The notes under the pieces: model-generated
The model's input: the letters and a program-made list of their open reading frames with translations, nothing else
The model's database searches: none
Told to the model about the DNA's origin: nothing
Translations under genes and position numbers: made by a program
Part shown: one piece after another, positions 29,963-40,336 of the stretch
Layout: each line of letters opens with the position of its first letter
Position numbering within the stretch: the stretch's first letter is position 1
Assembly: GCA_051532035.1 (NCBI GenBank)
Contig: JAOPTW010000013.1
Span: forward strand, 333,345-397,344
Direction of reading: 5' to 3'
From: Fibrobacterales bacterium
GTDB taxonomy: Bacteria > Fibrobacterota > Fibrobacteria > Fibrobacterales > JAOPTW01
Length of the DNA stretch: 64,000 nt

Positions 29963-31035
29963 TATACACTTTCTCCGCTACCCTTATCCAACTCCCGTTC
30001 GTTATCCCAAACTGGTGGATAGGGCAATTCACGGTTTAATTCTTCAGCTAATTGATTCACTTCCGTCTTTAATTCAATATAGCGCATTTCACGCCCAATC
30101 ATCGTCTCATTAAAATGTTCTAGTTCATCTTTTTGATTCTGCAATTCATTATTAATCTTCTCTAATTGCTTCTGAGCATGTTTAACATCACTAATATCAA
30201 TCCCAACACCTACCAGATAACTGTCATTGTGAATAGTGACCCTGCTCCCTGTTAGATAAAAAGGAACCTCAGTGAGATCATGTGAAATAACATTCGCCTC
30301 CAATGCAGCATACCCTTCTGTGAAAGCACGCTCAATCGCCTGAGTAACTGCTTTTCTATCTTTTTCAGAAATAGATTCTATAGCACGGATTGATTTCATT
30401 TTTTCATCACCCAATCCTATAAGCTTCTGATAATTTTCATTCCACCTTAACAGTTTCCCTTCCGGGGTAAATGCATAAAATATGCCCGGTAGACTATTGA
30501 TTACTTTGTCAGTAAAAAACTTCTCTGCTTCAATTTCACCCGTTCTTTTTAGTACCCGTTTTTCAAGCTCACTATTCAGTTTTAAAGTATCTTTTTTATT
30601 TGCAAGTTCTTTTTGATATGTATATAGCCTGATATGCGTATAAACTCTGGCTATTACTTCCTCTGCTACATAGGGCAATGATATATAGTCCTGGCCACCT
30701 GCTTTAAATGCCGCAACTTTATTAGATGTCTCTGATACTGCGCTGATAAAAAGTACGGGAACCATTGCGCTCCGTGGCTCTGATTTTAATCGACGACAGA
30801 TTTCATATCCATCAATACCTGTCAATTGAACATCTAATAGTATTAAATCCGGCACCGCTTCTGCAACACTACTCAACACCTGCTCGCCTGATGTCGCGAT
30901 ACGAATTTTATAGTTTTCTGTTTGTAACAGGTGTGATACTACACGAATATTTTCTGGATTACTATCGGCAACCAGAATAGTACAAGTATTGTTCTCTTTA
31001 ATGTTACCATTTTTGGCACTTACATCAATACTCAT
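29962..31035 (-). CDS. REC-PAS protein with C-terminal coiled coil, no kinase or output domain
   Basis: Degenerate REC (ADSN, LLDVQL, YISLP). PAS LPGIFY...GIDISD. Ends IGREMRYIELKTEVNQL. TAATG overlap with the next gene. Confidence 0.85.
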   Translation of the reverse strand: MSIDVSAKNGNIKENNTCTILVADSNPENIRVVSHLLQTENYKIRIATSGEQVLSSVAEAVPDLILLDVQLTGIDGYEICRRLKSEPRSAMVPVLFISAVSETSNKVAAFKAGGQDYISLPYVAEEVIARVYTHIRLYTYQKELANKKDTLKLNSELEKRVLKRTGEIEAEKFFTDKVINSLPGIFYAFTPEGKLLRWNENYQKLIGLGDEKMKSIRAIESISEKDRKAVTQAIERAFTEGYAALEANVISHDLTEVPFYLTGSRVTIHNDSYLVGVGIDISDVKHAQKQLEKINNELQNQKDELEHFNETMIGREMRYIELKTEVNQLAEELNRELPYPPVWDNERELDKGSGESV

Positions 31036-31421
31036 TAGATTCCTGATTGAGGAGTTAAAATCAACTCAATATTTGATTTTAGGATTCCTCATCTGCTTCC
31101 ATTTATTGTATGATATATTGCTAAAAAAAGCACTAATATGGTGCCTATATGCAATTCTGGGCACTATTCATGATAATAATACCGTTTCCGATCACTTTTT
31201 AATGAAATTGGGCAGGTTTGATAGAGCACTGATACAACAAGAAGTATCTGCTCACGGCGACTACAGACTTTAGAGAGGATATTACAAGTCATCCAAAGAA
31301 TCTAGATAAGGGCAACCACCATATTAACCTTGACCAAATTATTAAATAACAAGATAATTTATAAGAGTATTATCTCGGTGTATATAGTTTACTCGAATAT
31401 CACTTTTAGGAGCGTTACTCT

Positions 31422-32846
31422 ATGATGGAGCAAGAAAAATTACTCGAACAAAAGTTGGGAGAATTAGAAACTGCCCGAAAATGGAGCCCCCGACTCATTG
31501 CTAAATTAGAAGCACTTATCAGGTCAGATGAACCCTGGGAAAATTACAGAGTTAATCCATTGGAGTTTGCATTTTCACGAAACCTTGACGAAAATGAAGT
31601 CATTGACCTATTTCTGTATGCCTCGAAAATTGGCATTTATGTATTAGAATGGCGAATGGTTTGCCCGCACTGCGGAGATACGGTCAATAGTTTTAGTAGT
31701 CTTTCAAATTTAGAATCAGATTGTGTTTGTTCGTTGTGCTCTCTTTCTACCAAAGCACATCTTGATGATTACGTACAAATTTCATTTAGTTTATCTTCAA
31801 CTATTAAAGCATTGCCCTTTCATTCGCCTTCAACCTTATCGATAGATGATTTTTACTTTCGGTATCGCCTTGATGGAAGTGCCCAAGTCCCGGGTGGTTT
31901 AGGGTTAAAGCGTGAACTTATTAAATCAGCGTTACTAGAAAACTTTTATTTAGAGTCGAATACTCAAAAAGACGTTTCTTTTAACATTAAGCCAGGTACC
32001 TTAATGGGTTACGATATGACAACCGGTAATGGATTTGTGTATTCCATAGAAGGGACGAGTACTGAAGAGCAAAATGCATCTGCCACCCTACAACAATCAA
32101 AGTGGATAACCACGCCTAATAATGTACATGCAGGAAATATTAGTCTATCAATTAAAAATGAAGGCTCGGTAAAAGCAGCCTTTGCCTTAATGTGGTTACC
32201 TGAGGATTATAGCCATACTATATTGACGTATGAACGACGCCTTACAGGCAACCGAATTCTAAATACTCAGGCGTTTCGCAGCCTGTATCGTACCGAAATA
32301 CTTGGTACCACTGAAGGAATAGGAGTACGTGATTTAACGTTGCTTTTCACGGATATAAAAGGGTCCACTGAAATGTACGATAAGATTGGTGACCTCAAAG
32401 CCTTTGCACTTGTTCAACAACATTTTGAGCATTTAAATTTAGCAATAAACAACAATCACGGGGCAATGATAAAAACAATCGGTGATGCCGTAATGGCAAC
32501 GTTTGATAAGCCTGCAGATGCTATGAAGGCAAGCTTAGAGATGCTCCAAAAAATTGTGGCATATAATAAAGAAATTTCAGACGGTGAAATAATTTTGAAG
32601 ATTGGAATTCACAGAGGGGCTTCAATAGTGGTCACCCTCAATGACCGATTAGATTATTTTGGACAGACCGTAAATGTAGCTGCGCGTGTTCAAGCCCTAG
32701 CCGATGGAGGAGAAATATGTTTGACTGATAGCTTTTACAATGCTCCAGGCGTTATCGAAACCCTTAGTGGGTATACCATTGTCGCCGAAAAAGCAAACTT
32801 AAAAGGGGTGAGCGAAACAATGGATATCTACCGCATATCAACGTAA
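31422..32846 (+). CDS. Class III adenylate cyclase with N-terminal DUF5939-like domain
   Basis: FTDIKGST, IKTIGDAVMA, KIGIHRG, LDYFGQTVNVAARVQ. N-terminal CPHC...CSLC. Confidence 0.88.
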   Translation: MMEQEKLLEQKLGELETARKWSPRLIAKLEALIRSDEPWENYRVNPLEFAFSRNLDENEVIDLFLYASKIGIYVLEWRMVCPHCGDTVNSFSSLSNLESDCVCSLCSLSTKAHLDDYVQISFSLSSTIKALPFHSPSTLSIDDFYFRYRLDGSAQVPGGLGLKRELIKSALLENFYLESNTQKDVSFNIKPGTLMGYDMTTGNGFVYSIEGTSTEEQNASATLQQSKWITTPNNVHAGNISLSIKNEGSVKAAFALMWLPEDYSHTILTYERRLTGNRILNTQAFRSLYRTEILGTTEGIGVRDLTLLFTDIKGSTEMYDKIGDLKAFALVQQHFEHLNLAINNNHGAMIKTIGDAVMATFDKPADAMKASLEMLQKIVAYNKEISDGEIILKIGIHRGASIVVTLNDRLDYFGQTVNVAARVQALADGGEICLTDSFYNAPGVIETLSGYTIVAEKANLKGVSETMDIYRIST

Positions 32847-32915
32847 TCTGCATTTGGATACGAAATATGCAGAGTGTCTATGTGTAGTTTATTATCGAAG
32901 TTTCGAAAAAGGGCA

Positions 32916-35900
32916 TTAATTGTCCCCAGTTATTCTCATAACTTTAGACAACAGTTTGCTCAGTTCATCTTCCCTGAATGGTTTTTGGATAAATCCTGCC
33001 AAACCTGCCTCATTAAGTTCACTTAAATTTTCGTCTTTTGTAAAACCCGATGAAATGATTACTTTGCAATGAGTATCAATTTCTTTCATCTTAATAAATG
33101 TTTCCCTACCATTCATTTCGGGCATAATCATATCCATAATCACCAAATCAATTTCCTGATACTGTTGTTTGAATATCTCTAACGCTTCTAATCCATTCTC
33201 AGCAAGGATGACTTTGTACCCCATATCTTCAAGAGAATATTTGCCCGTTACACGAATAAATTCTTCATCATCTACAAATAAAACTTGGCCGACGCCTTTT
33301 GATACAGGCTCAATTTTGCCGGCTATTTTTACCGTATCAGCTACACAAGGGAGGTAAATATGAAACACTGTTCCCTCTCCAATTTCACTACAAACATTTA
33401 TCGCCCCATTATGATCTTGAATTGTTCCATAAACTGATGCCAACCCTAAACCAGTTCCTTCACCTTGCTTTTTGGTTGTGAAAAAAGGTTCGAATATCTT
33501 ACTAATATTTTCGGGAGTAATTCCACAGCCAGTATCTCTAATGTCTATTTCAATATAATCTCCCTCCTCAATTTTAAATGGACTCGAATTGCAAAACATT
33601 TCATTCAAATAAATATTTCTCGTTTCGATTACTAATTCCCCGCCATTAGCCATTGCATGCGAAGCATTTATTCCAAGATTTAAAATTGAGTTTTGCATAG
33701 CTGAGTCATCACCTGTCACCATTGGGTTTTCTGCATTTTTTGAAAGAGAAATAGTTATTTTTTTGTCAATCGTCTGATTGAAGATTGAAACGGTGTCATC
33801 AATAATTCGATGAATATCTATTGATGTAGAAATGATTTTACCTTTTCTACCAAATGCCAACAATTTCCCCGTTAAATCTGCAGCTCTATTTGAGGCATTG
33901 ATAATCATTTCCACAAACTCCAAGCTCTTCTGGTCAAGGTTACGTTTTGGATTTAGAAGCAATTGAGCTGCACCAATTATGCCGGCAAGCATATTATTAA
34001 AGTCATGAGCAACTCCTCCAGCCAACTGACCAATCGCATCCATTTTTCTCGCTTGGTTTAATTGTTGTTCTACTTCATACTCTTTTGTCACATCGTCAAT
34101 GCGAATCACTGCACCTTCAACACCTTGGGTTATGAGTGGGTAGATTGTGATATCTTCACAGTACGTTTCCCCTTTCTCAATATGTACCTGTTTTAGGTTT
34201 GATTGCACCTTGCGTGTTTGAAATGCAAGGTCGATACGCTCTACTTCACTTATAAGACTAGGGAAAACCTCTATAAGTGGTTTGTTTAATGCATTTTCTG
34301 TAGCGATTCCTGTTTTTTGTTCAGCAGTATTGTTCCATTGGGTTATGTTGCTATCACTATCAATACCTATGAGTATAGAAGGCATTGAGTCGATAATGTT
34401 AGCAAGATAGTTTCGCAAGTTTTGTAATTCTACCTCCTGCTTTTTACGCTCTGTGATATCGAGTACCTGCACTCCAATATTATTTTCACCCATGTTGAAG
34501 ACTGCTATTTCATACCACCCAGAGAACCGGTCATCACTATAATGACTCTCGTAGATTTGTGTCTTAAGTTCTCCACGAGCTACAGCCCTATACAAATCTG
34601 GTATATCAGTGCTTACCAGCTCTGGAAAAGCCTCTTCAATAGACTTGCCAATAAGGAACGACGAATCTATACCTGTCATCTTCTCTGCTGCTGGATTGAT
34701 TTGTGTCAAGACAAGGCGATTGTCCTCTTTCAGGTGATAGATATCAACTGCTAAAGGTGTCGCTTCAAACATTGCGCGAAATCGTTGTTCGCTCTTTTTG
34801 AGATCTTCTTGAGTTGCAATAAGTTCTATTTCTGCTTGTTTGCGTTCGGTGATATCAATCGACAAACCGAGTAAGCCAATGATTTCACCTGAAGAATTTT
34901 TATGCGGAGTAAACCAATTGTTGAAGTAGACACCACCAACCTTATGCTCCACAGCCAGACTTTCTCCCTTGAGGGCCGTCTTCAAATCGAGCACCATCTC
35001 AGGATAATCTTTATAAATATCGAAGACCGATCCACCTACAACCTCTCCTGGTTTTAAACCTAACTTCGAAAGTCCTTTGCCTTCAGAAAGCTGAAATATT
35101 CCATTCTTATCAATCATGTAGATTATTTCTTCATTATTTGTAACAAGAGTTTTAAACTTTGCTTCGCTTTCTTTCAGCTCATTTTCTGCCTGTTTGCGTT
35201 CGGTGATATCATGTCCCATACTAAATACTTGGCCATTAGGAAGACTGAAGTTCGCCCACATTACGTTGAGTATCTTTCCATCTTTTGTAACGGGATGCCA
35301 TTCCCTGAAATTCCCATCTGGATCACTAGTGACTGTGCGAATCACCTCTTCACACACAGCAGGATCTGGATAGAATAGCGCCATTGCAACTTCACGCTCG
35401 TTGATCTCCTCAATAGTCCAGCCAAAGGTTCTTTTACATTGCTTATTCCAAAATAAACATTTTCCATTCTCATCAAATGAGTTAATGAGTACAGGCGCAT
35501 TTTCGGAAATCTTTCTAAAACGCTCTTCACTTTCGTTTAATGCTTCCTCTGCCTGTATGCGCTCAGCAACCTCTTCCATTAATGCTTCAGTATTTTTTTG
35601 TTTTTCTTCAAATAAGCGCGCGTTTTCCAACGAAATACCAACCTGAAAGGCAAGGAGATTGATCACTTGTAACCTATCGGCTGTAAATGCAGCGGTGGTT
35701 AGATTGTTTTCTAAATATAAAATGCCGTTTAGTGAACCGTGATTGAGTATGGGTAAACCGAGTACAGACTTTGGCAATTTTTTAATAATGTAGGCGTCTT
35801 TGGTAAAACCTCCTTCTTGAGTAGCATCAGTCAGCACTACACTTTCCTGGGTACGAGAAATATAATTGATAAGCGTGGCTGGAGCCTGTTCACTTTCTTC

Positions 35901-38900
35901 AATAGGAATCGCCTGCTGGACAGTAACGTTATCAAAATCAAGAGTTCCTTCTGCTTCTATCAGCCATTCACCATCTTTTTCAAGTATCAGCAACCCCCGT
36001 GTAGCTCCTGCATTTTCAATCACGATATGCATTATTTTTTTTAATAAGCTACTCAGTACAATTTCCCCGGAAAGGATTTGTGAGGCTTTCATCACGCTTT
36101 CCAGATCTAACTGTATTGATGTTGTTTGCTGGTGAGAAGGAGAATCCATCGTGGTATCAGGCGGGGAGGAAACAACCGGGACTTCCCTAGCCGAGTTTAC
36201 TTTGTTATCCAAAAACTGAGGATATTGAGACTCTAAATTCTGAACTTTTACGAGTGCCCCCCATATTTGATAGCAGCGATGCGCTTCTATTAGATAGGCA
36301 CGGGCAATTATTTTTCTCTCAATGCTTTGATAATACTTTGATGCCAGTTCACACGCGAGGGCTTGATACTGGACAAAATTATTTTCAAGCGATGCTTCTA
36401 TAGCCCTATCATAATAAGACATTATATCTTCGATAGGCGCATTTACAATTCTACCGTACTCAGCCCTCATTAGTTCGTAAAAGTGCAAGTAGTTTTCAGG
36501 GCAATGTTGAGCCCAGGCTTCAAATCGGTTTATATTTTCACTCAGTATTTTTACGTATTGTTCTTTATGAGACTCGTCTACCAGATGATAAGTTGAGGAA
36601 TACGCAATGGATTGATGAAAATAAAAAACGGGATTCAGAAATATCCCCGGTGCTCCTACCAAATAGTGTTCTGCCTGAAGGGCATACTCATTTGCTTTTT
36701 CTGAAGAAAAGAAGTTTGCCAATAATAACCTACAGATAGCATCGACAAAAGGTGTCAACAGGTCATTCTGAATTCGACATTGTTTTAAAACCTCTTTGGA
36801 ATGAGGCCAATAATCCTCCGGTACAACACTCCAGTCCTCGACAGGCTCTTTAAGGTTGTGAATAGATGCACTTACAGCATAAAAGTATTGCACCATATTT
36901 TGATCGATTTTACTTAAACCAGGTGTAATTTGATTAACTTTTTCCTCGACCTTATAGAGTGTGTCGGACCCCAAAAAGGATTGAAACAGAATATTTATTG
37001 CACAATAACCTGCCCATTGATAGGAACCATTTTCTATTCCGCTATAATACCCTCTCAACAAATATTTTTGGGAGATATCAACTGATTTTTTATAGTGGCA
37101 AACAAAACTACCCCACATATCTAAAATTAAAGCCTCGTATGCTTTGATTTGGTATTTGTCATCATTTAATCTTAGCGAAAGCAAGCCAAACTTATATGCA
37201 GTGTCATAATCATTTTGAAAAACCACCAGAGTAACTGAAGACAGGAAAATATATCCGACAGATGAGTGTGGGTTATTTCCATCTCTGAGAGTTATTTCGG
37301 TCATACGTACACCGATAATTGCTATTAAATTAGAACCCAAAAAATAAGCAGGAGCAAAACACTCTCTCAGCAGCGCCATTGCCTGAAGCTTTAAAGGATC
37401 GGTCAATTCGGGAAGATGAAACAGGCTATCGGTATCCTTTCCCTGTAACATTTGATTACACCGTTTTATTTCCATTTCTACATCTTGAATATCCGGAAAT
37501 GCTTTAAGTTCGATACCGAGCATACTCAGAGCCTCAACACTAATATTCAGAGAGGTAGTTAGGTCATTTTTCATGCGGTATAGTGTTGCTTTATATTCGC
37601 TAATTTTACACCGTTCGAGCAGGGTGCTGACATGATTAGAAATCTCTTCGAATGTAGCGAGAGCGTCATCCCACTGAGCATTCAAATATTCAATTTCTCC
37701 TTTTTCAAAGTAATAGGATAATGATAACTCATAATTCGTCTCCCATGAATTGTCCGGAAGAAGTGTCATTCCAGTAATTATAAAATCTAGTGCAGGTCTA
37801 TATGCTGAAGACAATTTCGCTTTTTTTGCTGCTCTCAGGTTTAATCGACAGACATTTTCTTTCTCCTCCGAATCAGTAATGAAGTTTTTACCCAGATTAA
37901 AATGTCCAACCATCCCTATCAAGGTTTCCCAAATATCATCATCAACTGTGTGCTGGCGTATAACACGGCCAATCTTGAGGTGAAGCATCTTCTTTTCTTT
38001 TTCATTAAGAAAGGAATACGCTGCCTGTTGTACTCTATCATGCAAAAACCGAAACCGTGCTTCGTGATCACCTTCCGGACTGTGTTTGATCCACTTGTAA
38101 TCATCTTCAACAGGAATAATTAAGCCATCAAGTACAGCATTCCATAGCGCATCAAAGACCATGGAACTTGAATGATCATACACCAGTGATAGTAGTTTTA
38201 GATTGAACTGACTCCCAAAGCAGGCTGCAAGAGCTAGAATTTGTTGGGTTTCAATAGGAAGCTGGGAGATTCTATCCACCATCATATCAACAACATTATT
38301 AGTGATATCCTGAGATCGAATACGTTGTACATCCCAGCTCCATTCTCTTTTGTCAAAATCAAATGCTATCAGTTTTTTCCTGACTATGGCTTTCAGAAAC
38401 ATATTAACAAAAAATGGATTGCCCCCAGTTTTTTCATACACAACACTTGCCAAAGATTTCGACATTTCAAGACTACTTATTGTAGAATCTGAAATAAGAT
38501 TATGTACATGGGAATATTCCAATGGAGGAAGAATGATTTTGCTGAAAGAGACTTGATTTTGTATAGTATCCAAAATTCTGGGAAGTGGATGAACGTCACT
38601 AATTTCATTGTCACGATACGCGCCAATAAAGAGTAAATAGTGAGTATCAGAATCCGTCATCATCAAGTTGACGAGATTTAACGTTGGGAGATCAGCCCAC
38701 TGTAGATCATCAAGAAAAATGATGAGTGGATGTTCCTTATCACACAACGCTTTGAAAAAGTTTAGAAAGCTGAGGTTGAATCTATTTTGCGCTTCAGCGG
38801 GGCCAACCTCTGCCACGGCTGGTTGTGCGCCAATTACTAATTCAAGGTCAGGAATTACATCAAGAATGACTTGTCCGTTTATACCCACCGCATCCAGAAT

Positions 38901-40079
38901 TTTTCTTTTCCAGTTTTGTAACGTCTCCGAACGTTCCTTAAGTAAAGAAAGACAAAACTCGTTAAAAGCTTGGGTGATAGCATAATAAGGTATATTTTGT
39001 TTGAATTGATCAAACTTACCGGCAACAAAATAACCGCGCTTTTCAGTCATGGGTTTATGAACTTCATGTACCAAAACGGTTTTGCCAATCCCTGAATAAC
39101 CCGCTACAATCATTACTTCGGTTTTTCCCAAACTGACCCGATCAAAGGCTTCTAATAAAGTATTGATTTCACTTTCGCGTCCATACAGTTTTTGAGGAAT
39201 TTGAAATTGGCCTGAAAAATCATTGTGCCCTAATTCAAACTTCAGGCCTTTCATGTTTTGTTTGTTGGCTCTGTGTTCCTGACACTTTTCCAAATCCACC
39301 TTGAGGCCAAGTGCCGATTGATATCGATCTTCAGCATTTTTTTCCAGTAATTTCATTATAATATCTGAAACTATCAGAGGTATATCAGTATTAATTTCAC
39401 AAACAGGGAGTGGAGTTTTTGCTATATGACAATGCACCAATTCAATTGTATCGCTCGCTGTAAAAGGCAGCTGTCCGGTGAACATTTCGTAAAGAGTCGC
39501 TCCCAATGAATAGAGGTCGGTACGATAATCTATACTGCGGTTGATACGTCCGGTTTGTTCGGGGGATAAATATGCTAGTGTCCCCTCTAACTGGCCGAGA
39601 TTTTTCAAAGTAACGCTCTCACTTGGCAGTCGACTTGCAATGCCAAAATCAATAATTTTAACCTGACCTGTCTGAGTATTCCAAAGAATATTGGAAGGAC
39701 AAAGGTTTTTATGAATCACATTTTCAGCATGGATATGTCCTATATTTTGTGCAGTTTGTATCGCAATGGACAAGCATTCATCTAAAGTCAACATGCTTCG
39801 TTTCATATACGTATCTATCGACTCAGCAGCAATATCTTCTTCAACAATCATCAGAGTATTTCCATACTCTTCCAGGCTAAGAACGCTAATTACCCCGCTG
39901 TTATTAAAGCTTTTTGTTATTTCATATTCACTTTTAAATCGGTGAAACTCTTCTGGTGAAGGGTTTTCCGGTTGAAGTACTTTTAGTATCACCGAAAAAT
40001 GATCTATTACCTGTTCTGCCCTGTATATTACCGTGCTAGAACTTTCATGTAGTTTCTCAATTATTTTGTACTTATTCAT
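32916..40079 (-). CDS. Multidomain Ser/Thr kinase-like - AAA ATPase - GAF - PAS x4 - histidine kinase - REC protein
   Basis: IIDFG and YLSPEQTGR; GYSGIGKT and LDDLQWAD; GAF ILYLEN; repeated DITERK; AHDFNN and GTGLGL; C-terminal REC. Confidence 0.93.
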   Translation of the reverse strand: MNKYKIIEKLHESSSTVIYRAEQVIDHFSVILKVLQPENPSPEEFHRFKSEYEITKSFNNSGVISVLSLEEYGNTLMIVEEDIAAESIDTYMKRSMLTLDECLSIAIQTAQNIGHIHAENVIHKNLCPSNILWNTQTGQVKIIDFGIASRLPSESVTLKNLGQLEGTLAYLSPEQTGRINRSIDYRTDLYSLGATLYEMFTGQLPFTASDTIELVHCHIAKTPLPVCEINTDIPLIVSDIIMKLLEKNAEDRYQSALGLKVDLEKCQEHRANKQNMKGLKFELGHNDFSGQFQIPQKLYGRESEINTLLEAFDRVSLGKTEVMIVAGYSGIGKTVLVHEVHKPMTEKRGYFVAGKFDQFKQNIPYYAITQAFNEFCLSLLKERSETLQNWKRKILDAVGINGQVILDVIPDLELVIGAQPAVAEVGPAEAQNRFNLSFLNFFKALCDKEHPLIIFLDDLQWADLPTLNLVNLMMTDSDTHYLLFIGAYRDNEISDVHPLPRILDTIQNQVSFSKIILPPLEYSHVHNLISDSTISSLEMSKSLASVVYEKTGGNPFFVNMFLKAIVRKKLIAFDFDKREWSWDVQRIRSQDITNNVVDMMVDRISQLPIETQQILALAACFGSQFNLKLLSLVYDHSSSMVFDALWNAVLDGLIIPVEDDYKWIKHSPEGDHEARFRFLHDRVQQAAYSFLNEKEKKMLHLKIGRVIRQHTVDDDIWETLIGMVGHFNLGKNFITDSEEKENVCRLNLRAAKKAKLSSAYRPALDFIITGMTLLPDNSWETNYELSLSYYFEKGEIEYLNAQWDDALATFEEISNHVSTLLERCKISEYKATLYRMKNDLTTSLNISVEALSMLGIELKAFPDIQDVEMEIKRCNQMLQGKDTDSLFHLPELTDPLKLQAMALLRECFAPAYFLGSNLIAIIGVRMTEITLRDGNNPHSSVGYIFLSSVTLVVFQNDYDTAYKFGLLSLRLNDDKYQIKAYEALILDMWGSFVCHYKKSVDISQKYLLRGYYSGIENGSYQWAGYCAINILFQSFLGSDTLYKVEEKVNQITPGLSKIDQNMVQYFYAVSASIHNLKEPVEDWSVVPEDYWPHSKEVLKQCRIQNDLLTPFVDAICRLLLANFFSSEKANEYALQAEHYLVGAPGIFLNPVFYFHQSIAYSSTYHLVDESHKEQYVKILSENINRFEAWAQHCPENYLHFYELMRAEYGRIVNAPIEDIMSYYDRAIEASLENNFVQYQALACELASKYYQSIERKIIARAYLIEAHRCYQIWGALVKVQNLESQYPQFLDNKVNSAREVPVVSSPPDTTMDSPSHQQTTSIQLDLESVMKASQILSGEIVLSSLLKKIMHIVIENAGATRGLLILEKDGEWLIEAEGTLDFDNVTVQQAIPIEESEQAPATLINYISRTQESVVLTDATQEGGFTKDAYIIKKLPKSVLGLPILNHGSLNGILYLENNLTTAAFTADRLQVINLLAFQVGISLENARLFEEKQKNTEALMEEVAERIQAEEALNESEERFRKISENAPVLINSFDENGKCLFWNKQCKRTFGWTIEEINEREVAMALFYPDPAVCEEVIRTVTSDPDGNFREWHPVTKDGKILNVMWANFSLPNGQVFSMGHDITERKQAENELKESEAKFKTLVTNNEEIIYMIDKNGIFQLSEGKGLSKLGLKPGEVVGGSVFDIYKDYPEMVLDLKTALKGESLAVEHKVGGVYFNNWFTPHKNSSGEIIGLLGLSIDITERKQAEIELIATQEDLKKSEQRFRAMFEATPLAVDIYHLKEDNRLVLTQINPAAEKMTGIDSSFLIGKSIEEAFPELVSTDIPDLYRAVARGELKTQIYESHYSDDRFSGWYEIAVFNMGENNIGVQVLDITERKKQEVELQNLRNYLANIIDSMPSILIGIDSDSNITQWNNTAEQKTGIATENALNKPLIEVFPSLISEVERIDLAFQTRKVQSNLKQVHIEKGETYCEDITIYPLITQGVEGAVIRIDDVTKEYEVEQQLNQARKMDAIGQLAGGVAHDFNNMLAGIIGAAQLLLNPKRNLDQKSLEFVEMIINASNRAADLTGKLLAFGRKGKIISTSIDIHRIIDDTVSIFNQTIDKKITISLSKNAENPMVTGDDSAMQNSILNLGINASHAMANGGELVIETRNIYLNEMFCNSSPFKIEEGDYIEIDIRDTGCGITPENISKIFEPFFTTKKQGEGTGLGLASVYGTIQDHNGAINVCSEIGEGTVFHIYLPCVADTVKIAGKIEPVSKGVGQVLFVDDEEFIRVTGKYSLEDMGYKVILAENGLEALEIFKQQYQEIDLVIMDMIMPEMNGRETFIKMKEIDTHCKVIISSGFTKDENLSELNEAGLAGFIQKPFREDELSKLLSKVMRITGDN

Positions 40080-40336
40080 AACTTCACATTAACAACTCGG
40101 ACATATAAAAGAGTACCCTTAATTTGACGATTAAGCAAAATTTTTTAGCCGTTACCACTACCGATAACTCTCAGTGGCAATTGTATTGAGTATTTTGAGT
40201 ATATATGTGTAACGATCTCCTCAACAAACACGTTATAACAAATCTATTTTAACCCATAGGCCCATTTACCTGTTAAAGCCCCCCATGCAGTGATATACTA
40301 TATCTCATAGAAGAGACATGACACCAAGGATTCATT

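Noticed and set aside
32916..40079. STAND-like ATPase as an Avs anti-phage system
   Set aside because: The architecture matches the known STK-AAA-GAF-HK signalling family, and there is no nuclease or other effector.
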